Source of the DNA: Nannocystales bacterium
GTDB taxonomy: Bacteria; Myxococcota_A; Polyangia; Nannocystales; Nannocystaceae
Assembly: GCA_050633305.1 (NCBI GenBank)
Contig: JBOEGF010000072.1
Location: 1 to 29,955 of the forward strand
Reading direction: 5' to 3'
DNA: 29,955 bases
Shown here: one piece after another, positions 18,370 through 26,918 of the stretch
How positions within the stretch are numbered: position 1 is the stretch's first letter
Layout of the letters: each line of letters opens with the position of its first letter
Notes under the pieces: generated by a model
What the model was told of the DNA's origin: nothing
Seen by the model: the letters and a program-made list of their open reading frames with translations, nothing else
Database searches by the model: none
Made by a program: the position numbers and the translations under genes

Positions 18370-20133
18370 TCACTCCGCGAGGCGAACTTCGCGATCGTCG
18401 CGGCGCGATCGCACCACGGATGCCCACGCAGGCGCGGGTCCGCTCGGTCCCAACACGCGCCGGGCTCGCTCGGCCACGAGTCGAACCGCGGGGTACGGGT
18501 CCCCCTCTACGAGGCCGTCCAGCAGCACCGCGCCCCACGGCACGCTCGCCGTCGCTTCCGCCGGCCCCCACCCCAAATGCCAGGCAGCGAGCGCCCGTTG
18601 GCCAGCGTCCCCCGCGAGCAACCACTCCGCGATCGCAGGCACGCACCCGGGAACCCCCGCCTCGACGCTCGATTCCGAGCAGTCGATCGCGCATCCCTCG
18701 GACATGCAGCCGACCCCAAAGTCGCGCTTCAGTGCCACTGCCGACCAGGTCAGGGTTTGGTTGAGGTGGCACAGGTTGCACGCGAGCGGTCGCCCGGTGC
18801 CCAAGCTCGCGTCCACCGAAGGGCTCGTCACCGTGTGACTGCGGATCGCCCCAAGCAACCCGTAGGTCGTGCGCGGCATGTGGCAGTCGAGACACGTTGG
18901 GCCGGCGGCCGCCGAGTGCTTGGAGTGACGCGTCGGATCCGCTGCGATGTCCTGATGACACCGGCCGCACGCCACGCCCTCGGCTGCCCCTTCCTTGAGC
19001 TGCCCGTCGCTCCACACTCGCCCGTCGACCTGGACCTCCGACTCATGCATGCGGTGGCAACTCGTGCATCCGAAGTCTTTGGACACCGCACACGGCGACT
19101 CCAGCTGGCCGTTGAACTCCCGGCCCGAGACGCGAACCTCGCCATCACTCCAGTACCGCTGCGAGAAGAAGTCCGGGTCGGCGTCGAGCAGCGCATCGGT
19201 CCATGTGCCGTGTTCCCGGAGAGGGTGGCGTACCACCCTGCCCCAAGCGGACACAGGCGCCGGAGGTGGAGCATCGCGGCCGTGCGCAACCCAAGCAGCG
19301 TCGTCGTGAAACACCGAGATCGAGTGGCACTGCGCGCACACCTGCGAAGCCGCTGCTGCACCGCCCTCGCGCGGGTCGAGGATCGTCGGGTCGCCCTCGA
19401 GCGGGTGCTCGGGGTCGGGCTTCCGGTTCTTCCAGGCTTCCGCGTGTTCGCGACCGGGGCCGTGGCATGCCTCGCAGGCGATCCCAAGCTCCGCAACTGT
19501 GGTGTTCACGGCTCCCGCCTCGGCATCGAATCCCGGCGCCCCGTCGACGGCGTGGCACTTCACGCACACACGATTCCACGTGTAGACGGCCTCGATCGCC
19601 TCCCCACGGGACGCGTCCTGCTCGGCGGGGGGGCGAAGCAACGTCCATTCGTTGGGGACCCACCGCTGCTCGGGCAGCAAGAACGCGAACGCAAACGCTT
19701 CCAGGGTCTCCTGTGTGGCCCGGACCCAGTACACCTGCATGTGATGGGAGCCGGTGATGAGTTCAACCTTTCGTTCCACCACACCGCCGTCGGCCCCGGG
19801 TTGGGTCACGAAAAACCGGTCGCCACGTCGTATCGCCCGATAGCGCCCTGCCTCGTCCAACGCGGCCCCGTCGAATCGACCGAGGACAGCCCCTGAGCTC
19901 GGTCGTTGCGTCATCGTCCGGTGGAAGCTGCGATGCCAGGACGCGTGGGTGGGCTCGTGGCACTCGGCGCACCGCGTCGAACCGATATATCCGCCATCGT
20001 CGTGCAGGCCGACGGCGTCCGCCTGGACCACCTCCGGCTGGGGAGCGGTCTTCTTCGGCGAGTCGCTTCGGCACGCACAGAGCAAGAGGAGCGCGCCCCC
20101 CCACCACCACTCCCCCGACCGCATCCGCTTCAT
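18370..20133 (-). CDS. Octaheme c-type cytochrome lipoprotein
   Basis: SD GAGGAG, lipobox LCAC, eight CxxCH motifs: CAECH, CVKCH, CEACH, CAQCH, CTSCH, CGRCH, CLDCH, CNLCH. Confidence 0.9.
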   Translation of the reverse strand: MKRMRSGEWWWGGALLLLCACRSDSPKKTAPQPEVVQADAVGLHDDGGYIGSTRCAECHEPTHASWHRSFHRTMTQRPSSGAVLGRFDGAALDEAGRYRAIRRGDRFFVTQPGADGGVVERKVELITGSHHMQVYWVRATQETLEAFAFAFLLPEQRWVPNEWTLLRPPAEQDASRGEAIEAVYTWNRVCVKCHAVDGAPGFDAEAGAVNTTVAELGIACEACHGPGREHAEAWKNRKPDPEHPLEGDPTILDPREGGAAAASQVCAQCHSISVFHDDAAWVAHGRDAPPPAPVSAWGRVVRHPLREHGTWTDALLDADPDFFSQRYWSDGEVRVSGREFNGQLESPCAVSKDFGCTSCHRMHESEVQVDGRVWSDGQLKEGAAEGVACGRCHQDIAADPTRHSKHSAAAGPTCLDCHMPRTTYGLLGAIRSHTVTSPSVDASLGTGRPLACNLCHLNQTLTWSAVALKRDFGVGCMSEGCAIDCSESSVEAGVPGCVPAIAEWLLAGDAGQRALAAWHLGWGPAEATASVPWGAVLLDGLVEGDPYPAVRLVAERARRVLGPSGPAPAWASVVRSRRDDREVRLAE

Positions 20134-20141
20134 CGTACTCC

Positions 20142-21044
20142 TCAGTCGCCACGAAGCCGGCGAGGGCCCCCAGACTGGGCCCAACGCACCAGCGCATCAA
20201 TGCACGCTCGGACGGAGGCGGGTTGAAGCGTCCTTCGAGAGAACACGGCATGCAGCATCAACTCGACCCCGACCTCATCGGGAAGCACACGCACCAGCCG
20301 ACCTGCGTCCACGTGGCGACCCGCGCTCACGTCGCTGAGCAACGCGATCCCTGCGCCCGACAGCGCCGCTTCCATCAACACGCGGTGGTCGTTGGAAACG
20401 AAACGCCCATCCACCGGGATGCGCCCCCCTTTCCAGCTCGGCCACGACGTCGACACGTCGCCATGGGGGTCATGTCCACGCAGGAGGTCGTGCGCCTTCA
20501 AGTCCGAGGCCGTGCTCGGCGTCCCGTGCGATTCGAGGTAGCCCGGTGACGCGACCGCATACACATCCCGGGCACCAAGCCGACGGCAGACCAAGGAGGC
20601 GTCGCCGATCCTCCCCGCACGAACCGCCACATCGACACGATCGGCATGAAGATCCGCCCACCGAACCTCCCCGAGCATCTCGACCGACAGCTTCGGGTGT
20701 GCCTGCCTCAACTCCTCGAGCGAGGGCAAGATGTCCGTCGCGATGATCGGCGGAACCGAAACCCGCAGCCACCCCACCGGTTCGGCCCGTTCCTCCTGAA
20801 GCCGCGCCTCGATGCCGTCGACCCCGTCGAGGAGCGGTCGAAGCTCCTCGTACAACCTGCGGCCCCGAGGCGTGACCTTCACCTGTCGCGTCGTGCGGTG
20901 CAGAAGCGCCAGGCCCAGCCGCTCCTCCAGCGCCGCGAGGTGTCGTGACAGCGTCGGCCGCGACACCCCGAGCTCCGCTGCCGCATCCGTAATCGTTCCG
21001 CGCTCCACGGCGAGCACAAACGCTCGGTACGCGTTGAGATCCAC
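20142..21044 (-). CDS. LysR-family transcriptional regulator (CrgA-like)
   Basis: MDLNAYRAF..GTITDAAAELGVSRPTLSRHLAALEERLGLALLHRTTR, DVAVRAG, GAGIALL. Confidence 0.93.
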   Translation of the reverse strand: MDLNAYRAFVLAVERGTITDAAAELGVSRPTLSRHLAALEERLGLALLHRTTRQVKVTPRGRRLYEELRPLLDGVDGIEARLQEERAEPVGWLRVSVPPIIATDILPSLEELRQAHPKLSVEMLGEVRWADLHADRVDVAVRAGRIGDASLVCRRLGARDVYAVASPGYLESHGTPSTASDLKAHDLLRGHDPHGDVSTSWPSWKGGRIPVDGRFVSNDHRVLMEAALSGAGIALLSDVSAGRHVDAGRLVRVLPDEVGVELMLHAVFSRRTLQPASVRACIDALVRWAQSGGPRRLRGD

Positions 21045-21130
21045 GCCTACTCGTATCAGGGATGGACGAGTCGCGTCGAACATTCGCCCAAGCGTGCGGC
21101 CGCGACACGGGCTAGGCTGGGGCCGCTCTC

Positions 21131-21472
21131 ATGACCGCCACACTCTCCGCCGCCATCGTCGTTGTCCTCCACGTCGCCTTCGCGGCCGCCGAAAGCGTCG
21201 GCTGGACCGCCTTCGCCCGGAGACTGGGGTACGACGACGCCCGCATCCACGCGACCCGCCCCCTTGCGCTCAACCAGGGCGCGTACAACTTCGGCGTCGC
21301 CGCCATGCTCGGCTGGGCGGTCTTCACCTCCAACTGGCCCACCGCCCAGCTCCTCCTCATCTTCATCGCCGCCATGTCCATCGTCGGAGCCCTCAGCGTC
21401 CGGTGGACCATCTTCGTCATTCAAGGCGTCCCCGCCCTCATCGCGCTCGCCTTCGTCGCATCCGCCTCCTGA
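21131..21472 (+). CDS. DUF1304-family small membrane protein
   Basis: Four hydrophobic segments, LHVAF..E, NQGAYN, IFVIQGVPA; divergent from LysR. Confidence 0.75.
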   Translation: MTATLSAAIVVVLHVAFAAAESVGWTAFARRLGYDDARIHATRPLALNQGAYNFGVAAMLGWAVFTSNWPTAQLLLIFIAAMSIVGALSVRWTIFVIQGVPALIALAFVASAS

Positions 21473-21528
21473 GCGAGCGGCCGAGTGCGGGCCGCGTCCC
21501 CCCCCGACCGGGCGCCCCTCCTCAATGA

Positions 21529-22926
21529 CTAGTTATCCGGAGCGCCCTGGAGGATCCAGGTACGGACCAGCTCCAGCTGGCTCTCGGTGAGCGTGTCGCC
21601 GTTGATCGGCATTCGCTGCCCCGAGGTCCCCATCGAAGTCAGCTTGACCATCAGGTAGCTGTTCGTCGGGTTGAGCGCGGTGACCAGCGGGATGTCGGGC
21701 GCCTGCATGGCGGCGACCTCGAGCAACGATTCTCGCGACTTCCCCTCGGTCAGGTCCAGACCCGCAGCGGGGCTGTTCGCGCTGTGGCACCCCGCGAATG
21801 CACAGGACTGGTCGAAGATCGGCTGGATGTGACCCGAGAGCGTCGCGCCACCACCGTCGGGCGGGGCGACCAACTCGGCTGCGTACTCGCAGTCGTCGTA
21901 GTTGATGACGCTGTCGGTCTCCGCGCCGCCTTCATCCGCGGTGCCTTCGATCCAACAGGCGATCGCGACAACTTCGGATGCGTTGAGGGGTTGGTTGGCC
22001 AGCGGCATCGGGCTCCCCGGCACGTTGCCCTGAAGCCGCTGGAGAAGGTACGAGTTCCATGGGTCGCCCGGCGCGATCTCCTGCATCGGCTGATCCATGC
22101 TCGCGCCGTAGATGCCGTCGCGGTTGGGATCGCCGTAGGTGACGTCGGTCTCGAGCAAGGACGCGTCGTCGTCGAAGGACATGCTGTTGACGACCGTGAC
22201 GAGTTTTCCGCCCGGCGCGTAGCTGAGCACGGCGTCGAGCGTTCCGACGGTCTGCATCATTCCGCCGACCATCCGCTCGATGACGGCGGTCTCCGGCATG
22301 CTGCCCGAGATCATGCTTGCGGGGATGGTGTCCTTCACCGCAATCGCGACCGTTCCACCGCCGAGGCCATCATCCGTCACGTCGACGTAGCCAATCTCCA
22401 CGACGAGCCCGTCGTTGCCACCACCGAGGAAACGAAGCTGGTCCCCCGCAGGCTCGCAACCGTTGAACACCGACTCGGGGTCGTTGTAGACCTCGTTGAG
22501 GTTGCAGGGCCGACCGATGCGATCGATGACGCCCTGCGGAGTACGGAGGTCCGGGTACTCCTTGTTGTTGTGGCACACGTTCTGGAAGGGCGTGCACGTG
22601 CGCTGGATGACTTTGACGTGGATGTCCTCGTACGTCGGGAACTCCGTCTTGGCTTCCTCGATGTACTCCTTCACATCTTCGTTGTCGGAGGGCTCGTCGG
22701 AGTCGCCGCTCGAGTCGGAGCTGTCGTCCCCCGCGCCGGTGTCCTCGTCATCGTCGCCGTCGTCCTGTTTGCCGCCGTCGTTGGAATCGCCAGCCGTCGC
22801 GCTCGTGGAGGCACCGGTTCCCGAGGCGAACTGCCCGCCGTCGCCGTCTCCCCCATCGCAACCGCCGTTGAGTAGTGCCAGCAGTCCGAGTGCCCCAAGC
22901 GTTCCAAGCGTTCCGTTTCTGGTCAT
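21529..22926 (-). CDS. Lipoprotein with two putative atypical cytochrome c domains (paralog 2)
   Basis: Signal ending NGGC, acidic linker, CTPFQNVCH and CAFAGCH; long near-identical blocks with 13470-14846. Confidence 0.78.
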   Translation of the reverse strand: MTRNGTLGTLGALGLLALLNGGCDGGDGDGGQFASGTGASTSATAGDSNDGGKQDDGDDDEDTGAGDDSSDSSGDSDEPSDNEDVKEYIEEAKTEFPTYEDIHVKVIQRTCTPFQNVCHNNKEYPDLRTPQGVIDRIGRPCNLNEVYNDPESVFNGCEPAGDQLRFLGGGNDGLVVEIGYVDVTDDGLGGGTVAIAVKDTIPASMISGSMPETAVIERMVGGMMQTVGTLDAVLSYAPGGKLVTVVNSMSFDDDASLLETDVTYGDPNRDGIYGASMDQPMQEIAPGDPWNSYLLQRLQGNVPGSPMPLANQPLNASEVVAIACWIEGTADEGGAETDSVINYDDCEYAAELVAPPDGGGATLSGHIQPIFDQSCAFAGCHSANSPAAGLDLTEGKSRESLLEVAAMQAPDIPLVTALNPTNSYLMVKLTSMGTSGQRMPINGDTLTESQLELVRTWILQGAPDN

Positions 22927-22965
22927 CACGTACCCTGCCCCTGCGCCCCTCACAGAATCCGACCT

Positions 22966-23011
22966 GTCAGACTCCACCCCACGTTGGTTTTTCCGGGGCC
23001 GGTCAAAAAAA
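22966..23011 (-). promoter_or_regulatory. Candidate ECF-sigma promoter (copy B)
   Basis: T7-N8-CCGGAAA-N17-GTCTGAC, about 40 nt upstream of the paralog 2 start. Confidence 0.5.
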
Positions 23012-23072
23012 GTGAGTTTTCGGGCGCACCGCTCTTAGAGCGCCGAAACAACTCGCCTTTTCGGCGGTACTT

Positions 23073-23891
23073 TCAGTCGATCGGCGGCAGCGTATCGGTG
23101 GACGTGCGCGGAATCGCGCGCGGAGGGCGACGCTGGTCCGTATCGTTGCAGACCAAAGCGGCAATGACGGTGATGTTGTCGTCCCCACCACGGCGGTTTG
23201 CCAGGTCGGTGCAGACACGCGGGAGATCGGCGTACCAGTGATCTCGCGCAAGTGCCGCGATCTCGTCGACCTCGACGTAGTTCGACATCCCATCCGAGCA
23301 CAGGAGGAACGCGTCGCCGGGCGCAATGCTGGCCGAAGTCACGTCGGCCTCGACATGTCGCTCGAAGCCAACCGAGCGCGTGATGATGTGCTTGAGGTCG
23401 GAGACCGCGGCCTCTTCTTCGGTGAGCAGACCGGCCTGGACCTGCTCGTTGAGCCAAGAGTGGTCGTTGGTCAACTGCCGGGCGGAACCGCCCCGAAGCA
23501 GGAACGCTCGGGAGTCCCCCACGTGCACGACGTACGCGCGCTCACCGTGGAGGAACATCCCCGTGAGCGTGGTGCCCATGCCCTGCAGGCGTGGATCCGC
23601 CGCGGCCTGGTCGAAGATGCGTGCACTTGCTTCGCTGGCCGCCGCCGCCAGGACTTCCGAGATCGTCGCACCGCGCTCGTTGGGTGGCACGGCACTGAGC
23701 GTGGAGACGCCGCGCCGCACAACCTTGTCGACGACGTCGACACACAGCGCCGAGGCGTGAGCTCCACCGGCGTGCCCACCCATTCCGTCCGCAACCAAGT
23801 AGAGGCCCAGCTCACCATCGATCAGGTGGCTGTCCTCATTGTGACTCCGGACGCGACCTACGTCAGTCGCCGGCCAAGCGATCACGCGCAC
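23073..23891 (-). CDS. PP2C/PPM-family Ser/Thr protein phosphatase (Stp1/PrpC-like)
   Basis: TDVGRVRSHNED, VADGMGGH, MGTT, HVGDSR, DHS, LCSDG, GGDDNIT. Confidence 0.95.
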   Translation of the reverse strand: MRVIAWPATDVGRVRSHNEDSHLIDGELGLYLVADGMGGHAGGAHASALCVDVVDKVVRRGVSTLSAVPPNERGATISEVLAAAASEASARIFDQAAADPRLQGMGTTLTGMFLHGERAYVVHVGDSRAFLLRGGSARQLTNDHSWLNEQVQAGLLTEEEAAVSDLKHIITRSVGFERHVEADVTSASIAPGDAFLLCSDGMSNYVEVDEIAALARDHWYADLPRVCTDLANRRGGDDNITVIAALVCNDTDQRRPPRAIPRTSTDTLPPID

Positions 23892-23963
23892 GGTGGACGC
23901 ACCCTATCAGCCTCTCCCGTCGCAGACCACCACTGTCCGCGACCGTCCACGACGGGCGAGCCT

Positions 23964-25463
23964 TCAGACCGTGAACGTCGTCGGCTCATCCGAAATGGTG
24001 ACCTCAGACCCGTCGTAGCGGATTCGCTTGGCCTTGTCGTCGACCACGGAAAGGATCGAGACGGGTCGTCGCCACACTCGCTCGAGGTTCCGTAGCGTGT
24101 CGCGAGCGTAGTCCAGCTTGAGGTCATCCCCCTCGTGACGGTGCCCCAGCAGCAACTCCCCGCGGTTGAGGTCGTTCGCATCCGTGACGTAGATGAACGG
24201 CTGCCCGAAGTTGGTCAGCTGTGAAAGCAGCTTGGTCTTGACTTTCTCGAACTCGCGCGTCTCGATCTCGAGTTGTCCACTGCGTCGGTTCTCGGCAAAC
24301 GTGAAGAACTTGTTGTCGCGGCAGAAGTCGAGCGTGAAGAACTCGTCGATGAACGTGACGTCGTTGTAGAGCTTGCGGACCTCGAAGATACGCTCGCGGC
24401 CGAGTCCGAGTTCCTTGTCCCAGTGGCGACGCTCCTCGCTGTCGGTGCAGTTCTCCCACTCGGGTCCGAACTTCCCTTTGTTCCATCGGTCTTCGATGTC
24501 GCGAAACAGCTCCACGCCGAGCTTGTAGGGGTTGAGCTGGCCCGGTGCGGTCGCAAAGACACTGGAGACGACGTCTGCGTAGTCGATGATCTCCGGGGCC
24601 TTCAGGGCACGCTCGGTCATGATCCGGGAGTGCCAGTAGCTGGCCCACCCCTCGTTCATGATCTTGGTCTGCATCTGCGGCAGGAAGTAGTAGGCCTCCT
24701 CGCGGATGATGCCGAGCACATCGGCCTCCCAGGACTCGAGGGGCGCGTGCTGGATCAGGAACCCTAGAACGTCCCGTTCGGGGCGTTGCGGGATCTTTCG
24801 CCGACTGGCCTCCTTCTCGGCCGCCGCCCGTTCCTTCTGCTCGGCGATGAACGCCGGTGGGTTGACGTAGTCCTCGAGGTAGCCGCGAACGTTTCGGAGC
24901 CGACCATGCGGGTCGTCATCGGCCGCAGCGTCGTCGCCGTCGTCGCGGCCTCGCTCGCGGACCGGCGCCCACGGATCGATGAGGTTGTCGATCGACAGGC
25001 AGGTGTCGATGAAGGACTCGACGGTGGAGACGCCATGACGGTCCATGTAGCGGCGGACTCGGGCCGCGCTGTTGGCCATCAGGTCGATCATTCGCCGGTC
25101 GGTCCGGGCGAAGTAATTGTTGTTCTTGAAGAAGTCGTTGTGGCCGTAGACGTGGGCCATCACGAGCTTCTGATCGACGTAGCTATTGCCTTCGAGCAGA
25201 TAGGCGTAGCAAGGGTCGGTGTTGATGACCAACTCGTAGATCTTCGAGAGCCCGTAGGTGTGGCTCTTGATCATGTGGTCGTACTCCATGCCGAACCTCC
25301 AGTGCGGATACCGGACGGGGAAGCCGCCATAGCTGGCGATCTCGCACATCTCTCGGTAGTCCAGCATCTCGAAGATCTGGGTGGAGTAGTCCAGGCCGTA
25401 CTCGTCGGCGTAGCCCTGGATCTCGATCTGCATTTCGCGGAGGTAATCCGGAATGGGAGCCAC
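23964..25463 (-). CDS. spoVR: SpoVR/YcgB family protein
   Basis: [54 protein letters not shown]. Confidence 0.93.
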   Translation of the reverse strand: MAPIPDYLREMQIEIQGYADEYGLDYSTQIFEMLDYREMCEIASYGGFPVRYPHWRFGMEYDHMIKSHTYGLSKIYELVINTDPCYAYLLEGNSYVDQKLVMAHVYGHNDFFKNNNYFARTDRRMIDLMANSAARVRRYMDRHGVSTVESFIDTCLSIDNLIDPWAPVRERGRDDGDDAAADDDPHGRLRNVRGYLEDYVNPPAFIAEQKERAAAEKEASRRKIPQRPERDVLGFLIQHAPLESWEADVLGIIREEAYYFLPQMQTKIMNEGWASYWHSRIMTERALKAPEIIDYADVVSSVFATAPGQLNPYKLGVELFRDIEDRWNKGKFGPEWENCTDSEERRHWDKELGLGRERIFEVRKLYNDVTFIDEFFTLDFCRDNKFFTFAENRRSGQLEIETREFEKVKTKLLSQLTNFGQPFIYVTDANDLNRGELLLGHRHEGDDLKLDYARDTLRNLERVWRRPVSILSVVDDKAKRIRYDGSEVTISDEPTTFTV

Positions 25464-26576
25464 TTAGCGACCGCCTTTGAGGAACTCTTTGATGGAGTCC
25501 ATGATGTCGTCTTTGCCCGTGATCTCCGAGGTGATGAGCTTCTCGTCACTGGGGAACGCCGAGCGGATATCCTTGATGAACTGGCCGGAGCCGTAGGGGC
25601 TCTCGACCTGCCCGTAGCCGAACTGGTTGCACGCCGGGATGAGCGTGTTCTTGAGCAGGCTGACGCAATTGCCGGTGTCGTCGACAGACCAGTTGTCGCC
25701 GTCGGAGAAGTGGAACGCGTAGATGTTCCAGCTCTCGGGCGGGAACTCCTTCTCGATCAGCTCGGAGCAGACTTTGTAGGCCGAGCTGATCATCGTGCCG
25801 CCGGACTCCCGGGTGCTGAAGAAGACGTCGCGCTCCACCACGCGAGCGGTCGCGTCATGAATGATGTACCGGGACTCGAGCCCCTGGTACTGGCTGCGCA
25901 GCCACGTGTCGATCCAGAAGGATTCGATGCGGACGATTTCCTTCTGCTCATCACCCATCGAGCCGGAGACATCCATCATGTAGATGATGACGGCGTTGCT
26001 CTGCGGCTTGGGATCGGTCTTCCAGGAGCGGTAGCGCTTGTCCTCGCGCACCGGCGTGATGATCGGCTTGCCGGGCATGTACGTGCCGCTGGCCAGCTGC
26101 CGTTTCAGCGCTCGCTTGAAGGTGGCCTTGAACGAGCGCAGCGACTCGGGGCCGGTGCTCCGCAGGCTGACGTAGCGGTCTTTGTCGGTATGCAGGCTGT
26201 CGCTGCCCTTGGGCTCGATGCGGGGCAACCCGAGTTCTTCGCCCATGATCGAGGCAAGCTCGTCGAGCGTGACGTCGACCTCGAGCGTCTTGCCGCCTTC
26301 GCCCTCGCCCGCCTTGCCGGCCCCCTCGCCCTCTTGCCCCTGTCCCTGACCGACAGGATCGCCAGGCTCGCCGTCCCCCTGGCCAACGCCGGACTGCTCC
26401 CCACCGCCCAAGGTGAACCGCGGGATGTCAATCGAGGGCATGGGGATGGACACGGTGTCCTTGCCCTTTCGAGCAACCATGTCTCCGCGCGAAATGTACT
26501 TACGCAGGTTGTCGCGAATCTTCCCTCGGACGATTTCCCGAAACCGGCTGTGATCCTTGTCGATACGTGAGATCAT
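25464..26576 (-). CDS. yhbH: YeaH/YhbH (DUF444) family protein
   Basis: [13 protein letters not shown], Gly-rich GQGDG linker, [33 protein letters not shown]; stop abuts the spoVR start. Confidence 0.9.
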   Translation of the reverse strand: MISRIDKDHSRFREIVRGKIRDNLRKYISRGDMVARKGKDTVSIPMPSIDIPRFTLGGGEQSGVGQGDGEPGDPVGQGQGQEGEGAGKAGEGEGGKTLEVDVTLDELASIMGEELGLPRIEPKGSDSLHTDKDRYVSLRSTGPESLRSFKATFKRALKRQLASGTYMPGKPIITPVREDKRYRSWKTDPKPQSNAVIIYMMDVSGSMGDEQKEIVRIESFWIDTWLRSQYQGLESRYIIHDATARVVERDVFFSTRESGGTMISSAYKVCSELIEKEFPPESWNIYAFHFSDGDNWSVDDTGNCVSLLKNTLIPACNQFGYGQVESPYGSGQFIKDIRSAFPSDEKLITSEITGKDDIMDSIKEFLKGGR

Positions 26577-26918
26577 GAGCTGAGCTCAGATCGATCATAT
26601 CAGGCTCGATGCCCTGCCGTGTGTTCGGGGCGCCGAGGCGAGACGCTCATCCGTCGACCCGGCGGGGCGGTCCCGCTTGCAACGGACCCATCCTGGGACG
26701 CATTTCCGCGGTTCAGGGGCTCACGGCGTTCTTCGCTCGAGGGCCTCCATCCGCGAAGGCTGCCCGGCCTCCCACCACGCCGCGGATTGAAGACGCATGC
26801 CCTCCGCCAAGCCGCGCACCGCGCGCGACAACGGGCGCCGAGTCTGCCGCCGTCGGACAACACCACCGGGCCACGCGGGCGAGGGAGTCCCGCACTGCCC
26901 CGGGGCTACACTTCGCGA

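Noticed and set aside
18125..19015. N-terminal 297-aa extension of the 877-aa ORF
   Set aside because: It overlaps the octaheme gene in another frame and is Arg/Gly-rich noise; the SD and lipoprotein signal mark the real start at 18124.
24786..26570. Long plus-strand ORFs antisense to real genes (also 16544-18253, 18241-19896, 13725-15017, 5033-6298)
   Set aside because: Typical stop-poor antisense frames of high-GC coding DNA, with no family motifs.
26577..26918. 342-bp intergenic region as possible ncRNA or small gene
   Set aside because: No convincing stem set, known RNA motif or well-formed ORF found by eye; treated as a divergent promoter region.
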